From Minisyncoccota bacterium (lineage in GTDB: Bacteria > Patescibacteriota > JACMRA01), in assembly GCA_014376695.1 (NCBI GenBank), contig JACMRA010000002.1:7323-71322 (forward strand): a stretch of DNA of 64,000 nucleotides, written 5' to 3'. The first letter of the stretch is position 1. Each line of letters begins with the position of its first letter. Below the pieces are notes generated by a model. The model saw nothing but the letters and a program-made list of their open reading frames with translations, had not been told where the DNA came from and searched no databases. Below are positions 47,749 through 56,334 of the stretch, piece by piece. The position numbers and the translations under genes are program-made.

Positions 47749-47775
47749 AGCCGTATAGAAATATACGGTTTTTTG
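47749..47775 (+). terminator. Canonical intrinsic terminator (plus-strand orientation; also follows the minus-strand GT4 stop)
   Basis: ccgtata-gaaa-tatacgg (7-bp stem, 47751-47768) followed by TTTTTT (47769-47774). Confidence 0.6.
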
Positions 47776-47777
47776 TG

Positions 47778-48977
47778 CTAAAGTTTAGTTATTGCTTTAA
47801 TATTATCTCGAAAGGCTTGGGTGCTAAACCTTTGGGCTGATTGGCGTATGTATTCTGTGTCAAAGACACCTTGAGTATTTAACTCTTCGAATTTAATTAT
47901 CGACTTTTTGAGGCTCTCCACTTCTGGCTTGTCAAAAAATACACCATTTTTATTGTCGATGACATATGTTAATGCCCCGCCCTCAGCTAAGGCAATCAGT
48001 GGTATGCCAGCTGCCAAGAACTCAATTGGCGCAATCCCAAAGTCTTCTTTGCCTGGGAACAAAAAGGCCTTGCAAGTAGTCATAAGTTCGCGTAGCTGTG
48101 CGTCGGTAGTTCGCCCAAGAATTTGGATATCGACTTTTTTGCTCGGATTGGCTATTTTAAAATCATCGATTTGCTTTTGAAGGGTTATTCTGTCGGATTC
48201 TAGACCGAAGCCGCCGCTAATAACAAGCTTTTTTTCTAATTCTAAGCAGGCTTGAATGGCCATATCTATGCGTTTATGGAAGCTGATACGACCGTGGGAT
48301 AAGTAAAAATCTTGGATTAATTCGCGTTTCCTCTCAATTGTATTGAATTTGACTGTGTCAACTGGAGGGTAAAGAACTTGAGATTGGGTAGTGTATTTGT
48401 CCCAAACTTGAAATTGGATATACTCCGAATTGGCCAAGGTGATTACTTTTTGTTTTTTTAGATAGTTTACGGCACTTAAATCGAGTGGCTTGAGTAGAAA
48501 GGCGAAAATTGGTAGTAAAAAACGCTGAAATAAACCCAGATGGTTATAGTTATCTGGTGGAACTAGTCCGTTAAGATAACGGGTTGGAGTGTGGATATAG
48601 TGGATAATTTTGTAGCAGTTTTTGAATCTGACTTGTTTGGCGCAGTCAGTTGAGCTGATTAACACGCAGAAATAGTCTTTGATAGTTACGAGTCTCATCA
48701 TTAGGGGATATAACCAAAATAAATGCTTGGCAAATTGCCCAAAGAGACGTTGATTTTTTGAGTTTCGAATATTGAATAGTTTTTGGATTAGACTTGTTTT
48801 GATCCGACCTTCTGATTCGGCCAGTTTAATTGCTGGAGAGTCCTCAAATTTTTCGGGAAAATAAAAGGCTGTGTAAAGATCTGCCTTGGGGTACATTATT
48901 AGCCACTGCTCCACTACTTTCTCAGCTCCTCCAAATTGGAACAAAAAATCATGGACAAGAGCAACTTTGAGATTCAT
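47778..48977 (-). CDS. Glycosyltransferase family 4 (GT-B, GT4/GT1-type)
   Basis: Start at MNLKVALVHDFLFQFGGAEKV. C-terminal EDFGIAPIEFLAAGIPLIALAEGGALTYVIDNKNGVFF (the E-x7-E region). The upstream part of ORF 47778..49094 overlaps the tRNA and was trimmed. Confidence 0.8.
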   Translation of the reverse strand: MNLKVALVHDFLFQFGGAEKVVEQWLIMYPKADLYTAFYFPEKFEDSPAIKLAESEGRIKTSLIQKLFNIRNSKNQRLFGQFAKHLFWLYPLMMRLVTIKDYFCVLISSTDCAKQVRFKNCYKIIHYIHTPTRYLNGLVPPDNYNHLGLFQRFLLPIFAFLLKPLDLSAVNYLKKQKVITLANSEYIQFQVWDKYTTQSQVLYPPVDTVKFNTIERKRELIQDFYLSHGRISFHKRIDMAIQACLELEKKLVISGGFGLESDRITLQKQIDDFKIANPSKKVDIQILGRTTDAQLRELMTTCKAFLFPGKEDFGIAPIEFLAAGIPLIALAEGGALTYVIDNKNGVFFDKPEVESLKKSIIKFEELNTQGVFDTEYIRQSAQRFSTQAFRDNIKAITKL

Positions 48978-49024
48978 AAAGCAAAAAAAATACAGGTCGA
49001 ACCTGTAAACAAAAAAATTAATAT

Positions 49025-49108
49025 TGGTGCGCGAGAAGGGACTTGAACCCTTATACCTTGCGGCGCTAGCTCCTAAGGCTAGTGTGTCTACCATTTCACC
49101 ACCCGCGC
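49025..49108 (-). tRNA. tRNA-Leu (anticodon UAG), type II with long variable arm, CCA encoded
   Basis: Minus-strand sequence: GCGCGGG-TG-GTGAAATGGTAGACAC-A-CTAGC-CTTAGGA-GCTAG-CGCCGCAAGGTAT-AAGGG-TTCAAGT-CCCTT-CTCGCGC-ACCA. The 7-bp acceptor has one G-U. The anticodon loop is CT-TAG-GA. Confidence 0.9.
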
Positions 49109-49219
49109 GTCTTACAACTTATATTCTAATTATAAGACAATATAAGTTTTTTTGTCAAAGTCCTTGTTGGGAGTTATTTTTAAACGGATTTGAAAGTATT
49201 TTGACCGTTACTAACTTTT

Positions 49220-50341
49220 TCAATTAATTTCTTCGGAACTATAAAACAAAATGTGAGAATCACTTGCTAATTTATAAGCATAGAGTGTGCCGCCTCTATA
49301 TTTTATATCAGTCAAATATTTCACTCTAAAATACAGCCCGTCAAGGAGAGTTACGCCATGATAAGGTAAAATGAAATTATTTTTGTCTATAGGTAAAAAA
49401 CCAAGATTAAGAGGTTTGGGAGAAAGTGCTAATCTAAGATGGTGCGGGGCCAATTTTTCTAAAAAATCTAACTTTTCCCGCAAGGCTAAGAAACCTAAAA
49501 ACTTTAGAGTGGTATTTTTAGCTTTTTTACTGAGTTTAGCTCTTAAAAACTCCACACTATGATCTTCTTTATACTTACTAAAGTTATAGATTTTTTTTAG
49601 AAGTTTTGTATTTTTTGTAGGAGGGGGAACTATTCTTAAGACTGAGCTCATTACCGTATTTAACTTATCTGTAAAAACTTTATCCCCCTCATCAAGTTTA
49701 GTTTTAAGATATCTGGTTTCTTTGTCCCATTGTTTATAAAAAGATGGGTATAAAGATGTAAGAATATCCAACTTAATCAGCTTAACACCTGTTATACCTA
49801 GATTCTTTATATACTCAGAAACTTTATTGACATAAGCGTCAGATCTATAATTTCGTATACCAAGGCTTCTGCGCAGAATACCTTCGCAAAAAAGATTGAC
49901 CAGAGCTCATGGTTTATATATTTGTCGAATAGCTAAAGTTAACCTCTCTACCTGTTTCAAAAAAAGTACCTCAGACAAATCTGGATAAATGGATTCGGTC
50001 TTTAGAGGGTTTGGAATTTTGAAAGGCAATGTCATTATCCCAAACTCAATAGGTAAATTTTTACTGGTAAAATAATCGATTTGCTTTAGCCAATAATCTT
50101 TATGATCCAAGGCAAACTCTCCAGCTCCAGATAAAAATTCACTGCTTATCAAAAGTAGAAACACTTTATTATTAAGGATTTCTTTATGTAATAATTCCGA
50201 ATTTACGTAAGTGCAGGTTTTAGCCAAAAGTTTTTTAACCTTATCGAAAGATATAGACTTATAAATTATTTTTGTCTTAGAATTCGATTCCAAAGTTTCA
50301 AAATCTTTAAAACCGTAAATATAGCTAGCTTTATTACTCAT
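49220..50341 (-). pseudogene. PvcA/DIT1-like (isonitrile-synthase family-like) gene interrupted by a single in-frame TGA (49907-49909)
   Basis: ORFs 49907..50341 and 49220..49771 are in the same frame with only one stop between them (..IRQIYKP-TGA-ALVNLFCEGILRR..). LPFKIPNPLKTESIYPDLSEVLFL...IYKP*A resembles the FPFKSxN..K....PDxAE...Y.PGA blocks I recall for PF05141. The family call is tentative. Confidence 0.4.
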
Positions 50342-50608
50342 TTGATGTAGGCATCCTTAATTATAATTTTATCTCTCGGTTTAGTACCGCTCAATCCTTT
50401 TGTAGAAATTAAAAACCATATTGCTTTAGCCTTACGGAGAGTTTTGGGATTAAACATTGTTTCTAAAGATGGATCTTAATCTTCTTCTTTTTTACCAAGA
50501 CTTGCTTCAAAACCTGTCCTTAGTTTATCTAAAGATGGGTTTGGCAAGTTTGGGGTTTGTGTTTCGGTCATATGATATAAAATGTTATTAAATTATAATT
50601 ATTTTGGT

Positions 50609-50636
50609 ATAAAAAAATCTCCCGACAGACGGGAGG
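50609..50636 (-). terminator. Intrinsic terminator about 180 nt downstream of uvrA'
   Basis: Minus strand: cctcccg-tctgt-cgggaga followed by TTTTTTT (plus-strand A-run 50611-50617). Confidence 0.5.
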
Positions 50637-50819
50637 AAATGGGTTTAAAAACTCTTCTGTGTGCAAAAAGACAAAAAAGAAAACAACTAAACACGCCGCA
50701 AAGCACTCCCATAAGTATAGAAGGTTTGCCACCATTGCCGCGTTATTGTTTTGAACATATAATGTTCTATAACCCTATTTCTCGGTTATAGTCAAGTTGT
50801 AGTTTTTTATAGAAAGCTA

Positions 50820-52814
50820 CTAATACCCCTTAATCACCCGCTCGATTTGATTTGACCAATAAATTTTGGTTTGAGCTTGGTTGTCGTCCATATTTTCTTT
50901 GGTGATTATGCTTTTGAGCAGGACTTTTCGACGCTTCTTTGGCAATTCGATATGGTCAATCCCGGCTAAGAATCGCCCTGTTGGTGAGTTATTGTTTTTG
51001 ATAATTTCTTGCGGGGTTCCAGTCGCAACAATCTGACCGCCGTTTATACCAGCTTTTGGTCCGACATCAACGATATAGTCACTGTTCATAATGGTTTCTT
51101 CGTCGTGTTCGACCACCAAAACCGTGTTACCAAGGTCTCGCAGTTTTTTGAGCGTGTTAAGCAGCTTAGTGTTGTCTCGTTGATGTAAGCCAATAGATGG
51201 CTCATCAAGGATGTAAAGAACACCCGTCAAGCCTGACCCTATCTGAGTGGCAAGCCTAATACGTTGAGCTTCTCCGCCTGACAAAGTGTCGGCGCTACGT
51301 GAGAGAGTAAGATATTCGAGGCCTACATCTTGGAGGAATTTGAGGCGGATTTCCACTTCTCGAAGAATCATTCGAGAAATTTCAGCTTCGGTCTTAGTTA
51401 GGCTAGTGCCCGTTCGAAGAGCTGTAAACCATGCCAAAGCGTCCTTGATTGATAAGTGGACAATATGATTAATTGATTGGCCACTCAGAGTTACTGAGAG
51501 AGCTTCTGGCTTAAGTCTGGCTCCTTTACAGTCGGGGCAGGCTTTTTTATTCATATAGCTTTCTATATCTCGGCGGGCTGCGTCAGAAGTTGTGTCTTTG
51601 TAGCGTCTTTTTAGATTAATTATTATCCCCTCGAAGCTTTCGTTACCGTAAAGAACGATATCACGGACTTTTTGAGGTAGTTTGTTCCAGGGTTGCTCTA
51701 GTTCAAAATTATATTTAACCGACAGGGTTTGAAAAGTCTTAGTCAGCCATCCGCCGCTCAAGCTCATACGAGAGATAGGTTTGAGACACCCTTCTAAGAT
51801 ACTCAAGGTCTCGTTAGGTACAATCAGCTTATCGTCAATTTCTGTGATTACGCCAAGGCCGTTACAAGTGGTACAAGCTCCGTGGGGGCTGTTGAAACTA
51901 AAGAGTCTTGGTTCGAGATTATCTGGAGTTCCGTGTCCATTTGGGCAGGCTCGGTTTTTATTGACGTGAATTAATTGCTTGGACTTATCTTCTTCTTCTA
52001 TTTTGAAAATCAGGGCTTTGCCATTACTGTATTTCATTGCTGTCTCTAGCGAGTTCATTAGCCGAATTTTGTTATCGTCGTTGAGAGTGACTCGATCTAT
52101 GACTACTTCAATAGTGTGTCTGAGCTGCTTGCTAAGTTGAATTTTTTCGGCTTCCTCGATTAAGATTATGTCACCATTGACCCGAATCCTTCTAAAGCCA
52201 TTCTTTTTTGCCTCGCTAATATGTTGCTTATGAACACCTTTTTGATCAGTTACTACTGGGGACAGAACGATAACCGTCTTGCCGTCCAATTCCTTAATAA
52301 GTCGACTGCAGATACTGGTTACTGATTCGTTGGCAATTACAGCATCACAAACCGTGCAGTGTTGCTGTCCTATTTTGGCGAATAAAAGACGTAAATAATC
52401 GTATATTTCGGTGATTGTCCCGACCGTAGAGCGTGGATTTTGAGATGTAGATTTTTGATCGATAGAAATAGCGGGGGATAGGCCGTCAATGGACTCAACA
52501 TCAGGTTTTTCTTTTAGGCCGAGGAATTGACGTGCGTACGAACTTAGGCTCTCGACGTAGCGACGCTGGCCTTCAGCGTAAATTGTGTCAAAAACTAAGC
52601 TAGATTTACCGCTGCCGGATAGACCACTAAAAACAACTAATTTGTTCTTTGGGACAATTACCGAAACATTCTTGAGATTATGCTCTTTGGCTCCCCGTAC
52701 TGTTATATAAGAGTTTGGATTAGGGACAAAGGTTGTATTAGCAAGGATTTCTGGCGAATTTAGCTCGGCTAATGTTAGGTTATTTAGATGATTTAGTTCG
52801 GAGATAGTCGTCAT
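50820..52814 (-). CDS. uvrA: Excinuclease ABC subunit A, first ATPase module only (C-terminal NBD-II missing)
   Basis: ITVRGAKEHNLKNVSVIVPKNKLVVFSGLSGSGKSSLVFDTIYAEGQRRYVESLSSYARQF, zinc modules, LSGGEAQRIRLATQIGSGLTGVLYILDEPSIGLHQRDN and VVEHDEETI are present. The ORF ends at 664 aa (UvrA is about 940 aa), just where the second Walker A should begin. Confidence 0.85.
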   Translation of the reverse strand: MTTISELNHLNNLTLAELNSPEILANTTFVPNPNSYITVRGAKEHNLKNVSVIVPKNKLVVFSGLSGSGKSSLVFDTIYAEGQRRYVESLSSYARQFLGLKEKPDVESIDGLSPAISIDQKSTSQNPRSTVGTITEIYDYLRLLFAKIGQQHCTVCDAVIANESVTSICSRLIKELDGKTVIVLSPVVTDQKGVHKQHISEAKKNGFRRIRVNGDIILIEEAEKIQLSKQLRHTIEVVIDRVTLNDDNKIRLMNSLETAMKYSNGKALIFKIEEEDKSKQLIHVNKNRACPNGHGTPDNLEPRLFSFNSPHGACTTCNGLGVITEIDDKLIVPNETLSILEGCLKPISRMSLSGGWLTKTFQTLSVKYNFELEQPWNKLPQKVRDIVLYGNESFEGIIINLKRRYKDTTSDAARRDIESYMNKKACPDCKGARLKPEALSVTLSGQSINHIVHLSIKDALAWFTALRTGTSLTKTEAEISRMILREVEIRLKFLQDVGLEYLTLSRSADTLSGGEAQRIRLATQIGSGLTGVLYILDEPSIGLHQRDNTKLLNTLKKLRDLGNTVLVVEHDEETIMNSDYIVDVGPKAGINGGQIVATGTPQEIIKNNNSPTGRFLAGIDHIELPKKRRKVLLKSIITKENMDDNQAQTKIYWSNQIERVIKGY

Positions 52815-52882
52815 ACTAATAATTTGGTTATTACAATTACTGTGGCCAACTTTGGCCAGATTGTCAAAGTATTAACAGCGTA

Positions 52883-53050
52883 TTACTTAATAACCCATCT
52901 ATGCTCCCCTAGGTTGACGACAATTGAGTGATTATATCGATGGAATATTAGATACAAAAGAAGAGAAATTGGCACGCTGATTAAAACGGGAAAATAGTAA
53001 TCTGTGACAAGCGTCCAGATAGTATTCATTAGTTCGTTGATATTGAGCAT
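52883..53050 (-). CDS. Unlisted 55-aa ORF, small membrane protein (hypothetical)
   Basis: Hand-translated as MLNINELMNTIWTLVTDYYFPVLISVPISLLLYLIFHRYNHSIVVNLGEHRWVIK. Lies upstream of and co-directional with uvrA'. No SD. Confidence 0.2.
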   Translation of the reverse strand: MLNINELMNTIWTLVTDYYFPVLISVPISLLLYLIFHRYNHSIVVNLGEHRWVIK

Positions 53051-53236
53051 ACGGAAGGTTAATATAAATCAATTTTGCCTATTTTTCTGATTATAGTCAA
53101 TAGAGTTTTTCGGTTTGACAAGACGGCTATATTAACCAAATGTTACTACAAGTACCCAGCACAAAAAAATATTACTCAAAGCTATATCTTACTTTTGACT
53201 CTCGTCATTTGGTATAGTTTTACTTAGGTCCGTACA

Positions 53237-54151
53237 ATGCTCAAACACTCGGTCACAGAAGGTCTCAAAAATTTAATCAGATCATTTTGGTTATCTATTA
53301 CTGCTATTTTTATCATATTCGTCAGCCTCTTGTCAGTTGCAATGATGAGCAGTATTTGGGTTGTGGTTGGATACACTCTCAAAAGCTTTGATAATCAATC
53401 TGTAGTTTATATCTATATCAAAAAAGATACTCCAACAGCTGATAGAATGCAGATGGAACAAGACCTCAAAGCACAAAACGAAGTCAAGGAACTGACCTTT
53501 ATCGATGCACAAAAGGCTGAGGAAGAGTACAAGAATAACCCGTTTACTTCAGCCTCATATGATAATTTAATCAAGGCCCAAGAAAAAAACGGCAACAAAA
53601 CCAAAATTCTGAAGGAGTCCTTCAAGGTAATTCCATCGAATGTCAATTTCTACACTAATATCGAAAAATTCGCCAACCAAGATAAGTACAAAAGCGTCGT
53701 AGATAATGTTGACGGCCCAAAAGACTTCATTAGTTTTTTGCAGAAGGCTTATTACTGGACAGCTATTGTTGGATCGGCTTTATTTGTTGTTTTTAGTGCT
53801 ATTTCCACATTGGTTATGGTTAATATTTTGAGAATTGCTATTTATTCAAGGCGGGAGGAGATTGAGATTATGCGATTAGTTGGTGCGACTAATAATTATA
53901 TTCGTGGTCCGTTTATCGCTGAAGGGATATTATATAACTTTATCGCCTCAGTTGTAGTTTTTTTGATATTCATTCCAATGTTCAATTTTTTGGCTCCGAG
54001 TTTGTCAGCGCTTTTTAATTTTAATATTGCTAAGGATTTGGCGGAGTTATCCAGTAGCTTGTATATCAGTCTGACAATTACCAATATTATTGGCTTGATT
54101 ATCGGGGGGTTATCAGCTATGCTGGCTACTCAAAGATATCTAAAACTATAA
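53237..54151 (+). CDS. ftsX: Cell division permease FtsX
   Basis: N-terminal EGLKNLIRSFWLSITAIFIIF (FtsX N-terminal block), a periplasmic loop domain, and three C-terminal TMs with EIEIMRLVGATNNYIRGPFIAEG. No ftsE is adjacent. Confidence 0.85.
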   Translation: MLKHSVTEGLKNLIRSFWLSITAIFIIFVSLLSVAMMSSIWVVVGYTLKSFDNQSVVYIYIKKDTPTADRMQMEQDLKAQNEVKELTFIDAQKAEEEYKNNPFTSASYDNLIKAQEKNGNKTKILKESFKVIPSNVNFYTNIEKFANQDKYKSVVDNVDGPKDFISFLQKAYYWTAIVGSALFVVFSAISTLVMVNILRIAIYSRREEIEIMRLVGATNNYIRGPFIAEGILYNFIASVVVFLIFIPMFNFLAPSLSALFNFNIAKDLAELSSSLYISLTITNIIGLIIGGLSAMLATQRYLKL

Positions 54152-54169
54152 TAATTTGCTATTTGCACT

Positions 54170-54532
54170 ATGCCGACAACAGACTATAGTAATTACAAAT
54201 TAGGTCGCTTTTTGGTTATTATTTTGGTGCTTTGCTTACTTTCACTGCTAATTTGGCCGTATCTAAAAGCCGAATATTACACCCAGAAGTACGAAAAGCA
54301 ACTAGATATCGTAGCTATTTGTCAATCAGAAAACACAGGCCTTGGAGTAACTGGGTATAAAATACTTAATCATTCCCCAGAGTCAAGAACCTTGGAAATA
54401 TACTGTTTCTACACAAACTCCGAGCTAAACAATTATCTCAAACTAGAAAAGCAAGCAGACAATTGGAAGTCAATTTACTCCAACCGGTTAGTCAAGGACA
54501 GTTATATGTACTACCCATTTTATTATTACTAA
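54170..54532 (+). CDS. Hypothetical membrane-anchored protein
   Basis: 120 aa with one TM (FLVIILVLCLLSLLIWPYL). No family recognised. Confidence 0.4.
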   Translation: MPTTDYSNYKLGRFLVIILVLCLLSLLIWPYLKAEYYTQKYEKQLDIVAICQSENTGLGVTGYKILNHSPESRTLEIYCFYTNSELNNYLKLEKQADNWKSIYSNRLVKDSYMYYPFYYY

Positions 54533-54549
54533 ATTTATTTTTTGAGATT

Positions 54550-55029
54550 ATGAAAGTTACCGAATTTTTAACTAAATTGAGACAATTAAACCAAGAGGAG
54601 TTAGCTCAGACCAGCGGCATTGGCCAAGTAATTATAGATTCTTTGAACAGTTTTTTGACATCGAAGCGGTATTTGGATTTGATTGATGGGTTTGGGGAGC
54701 TTGAGAGAGAGGATCAAGGGTTGAATTTGCTACTGAGGCAAAGCCTTGGGGTGTCTAACTTGGTAGGTGGACAGGACTTATCTGGCCAGACGATGGTAAT
54801 AACCGGTACAATGGAGATAAGTCGAACTCAACTAAAAGAGAAATTAGAAGAATGCGGGGTGAAAGTAACAAGTAGCGTTACCAAAAAAACTAATTATCTT
54901 TTGGCGGGGCAAAATAGCGGCTCAAAGTATAAAACGGCCAGCGAACTTGGGGTACCGATTATTGAAATGTCCACGTGGCAGGATCTAAAAAAATATTTAG
55001 AGACTGACAACGAAATCAAGCCTAGTTAG
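54550..55029 (+). CDS. Stand-alone HhH + BRCT protein equivalent to the C-terminus of NAD-dependent DNA ligase LigA
   Basis: From the first ATG: LAQTSGIGQVIIDSLNSFL (HhH) and LSGQTMVITGTMEISRTQLKEKLEECGVKVTSSVTKKTNYLLAGQNSGSKYKTASELGVPIIEM (LigA BRCT pattern GKTxVxTG...R......GAKVxxSVSKKTxxxxxGxxxGSKxxKAxxLGxxxxxE). There is no adenylation or OB domain. Confidence 0.7.
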   Translation: MKVTEFLTKLRQLNQEELAQTSGIGQVIIDSLNSFLTSKRYLDLIDGFGELEREDQGLNLLLRQSLGVSNLVGGQDLSGQTMVITGTMEISRTQLKEKLEECGVKVTSSVTKKTNYLLAGQNSGSKYKTASELGVPIIEMSTWQDLKKYLETDNEIKPS

Positions 55030-55677
55030 ATTATTGCCGATAGACTTTTTTTTGAGGATTTGGAATTTGCCGATTTGATTGGTGTTCTCAATGTGTGGCC
55101 CACCGCAAAACTCCCTAGAATAGATTGTTTGACCGTCTGCGAGGGTATAAATAGTTACTTTGTCGCCGTACTTCTCACCGAATAATCCAATTGCATCCAA
55201 CCCTTTTGCTATGTCAGGAGTTGTTTCAATTTTGGTCATTGTAAGGTGCTTGTCGATAATGGCTTGGACCTGCATCTCGATATTTGTTATAGTTTCTGGA
55301 GTGAGATCGCTCGAATTTAGATTAATATCAAAGCGGGCTTTATCTTCCAAAATGGCAGACCCCATTTGGTGCAGCTGCGTCCCGAAGATACTTCTCAACA
55401 CTTGGTGTAGAATATGCGTCGCCGTGTGCATTGCAATCGCCTTGGGGGAGTTGCTACCTAGGCCTGATTTGAATTGGGCAGTGGAGCTGCTTTGAGACAG
55501 GGTTTGATGACTCTCGATGAGTTTTTGTAGGTAATCCACATCCAAAATAAGCCCCTCTTTTTCGATCAGGTATTCGCTGATTTCAATAGGGACTCCATGA
55601 GATTGATATAAATCAAATGTTTTATTGGCTAGCCACTGGGGATCTAGCTTGGTAGCTTTAGGATTATTTGCAGTCAT
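54997..55677 (-). CDS. AlaX-like trans-editing protein: AlaRS helical linker plus editing (second additional) domain, no aminoacylation domain
   Basis: FDLYQSHGVPIEISEYLIEKEG (AlaRS FKLYDTYGFPxDL block), HTATHILHQVLRSIFG (HxxxH), GLFGEKYGDKV and CGGPHIENTNQIG (CxxxH zinc site). 226 aa. Confidence 0.75.
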   Translation of the reverse strand: MTANNPKATKLDPQWLANKTFDLYQSHGVPIEISEYLIEKEGLILDVDYLQKLIESHQTLSQSSSTAQFKSGLGSNSPKAIAMHTATHILHQVLRSIFGTQLHQMGSAILEDKARFDINLNSSDLTPETITNIEMQVQAIIDKHLTMTKIETTPDIAKGLDAIGLFGEKYGDKVTIYTLADGQTIYSREFCGGPHIENTNQIGKFQILKKKSIGNNLTRLDFVVSL

Positions 55678-55766
55678 AGTTTTTTTTGGTTCTGAATTCC
55701 AGAACTAGCTGTATTCATTATATACAACCTAAACTATATTTTCCCGTCAAGCTACCTTTGTATGAG

Positions 55767-56081
55767 CTATTTAGACTCTTTAAGGTCTTTGTCTTCCTTT
55801 TTTTTGAAGTATTGGACGATATCATCGATTGTAAAGTGCTTTTGATGTTTTAGAGTGTCGATTTCTTTGAGTCGTTTGAGCGCTTCAACGCGGTTAAATT
55901 TGCGGTTAAGACCGGCTCCGGCTTGGTGGAATGGAAGGATGCCCATTTCACAGTAAAACTTGAGGGTGCTTTGGCGAAATTTGTCAGTGGAATTAAAGAC
56001 GTCTTCGCATAAAGTTGCAAGTTCTCCGATGTTAATAAATTCTAGTTTTACGATTTGAGTTAGTGTACGTTTTCTTCCCAT
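55767..56081 (-). CDS. MerR-like helix-turn-helix protein
   Basis: INIGELATLC...STLKFYCEMGILPF...RKFNRVEALKRLKEIDTLK follows the MerR pattern (tIgElA...TlRyYe..GLl......R.Y....l.rL..I..Lk). Confidence 0.45.
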   Translation of the reverse strand: MGRKRTLTQIVKLEFINIGELATLCEDVFNSTDKFRQSTLKFYCEMGILPFHQAGAGLNRKFNRVEALKRLKEIDTLKHQKHFTIDDIVQYFKKKEDKDLKESK

Positions 56082-56334
56082 AGGTTTTGATATATAAATA
56101 TTATTTTTATAATAGATGTAATATTGGATAACATTGTGTTTTTGTCAAGTTTATGCGAAAAAAAACCTAAAAATACTTGAAATAGATTTTACAACATAGT
56201 TATTATGTACGATTTGAATGCTTGCTCTAACAGGGGGCTTGTTAAAATTGACAAAGGTACAAAGTTTGGTTTTATTTAACATAGTTTCAGTATCAAATCA
56301 AAAAATTAACCACGATTTAACATATAAAATTAGG

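Noticed and set aside
48978-49094. N-terminal extension of the glycosyltransferase ORF (47778..49094).
   Set aside because: It is translated through the tRNA-Leu gene (49025-49108). The GT4 core starts at MNLKVALVHDF (ATG at 48977).
50582-50791. 69-aa plus-strand ORF between the PvcA-like gene and uvrA'.
   Set aside because: It spans the minus-strand terminator hairpin and the A-run. It has no SD or promoter context and a biased basic composition, so it is more likely non-coding.
49025-50819. Integrated mobile element at tRNA-Leu.
   Set aside because: No integrase is present, and I could not spot a duplicated tRNA 3' segment (att repeat) on either side. The adjacent genes look like degraded cargo at most.
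54463-54549. Longer start for the HhH-BRCT ORF (54463).
   Set aside because: The extra 29 codons overlap the 3' end of the preceding gene in another frame and carry no LigA similarity. The ATG at 54550 starts right before the HhH.
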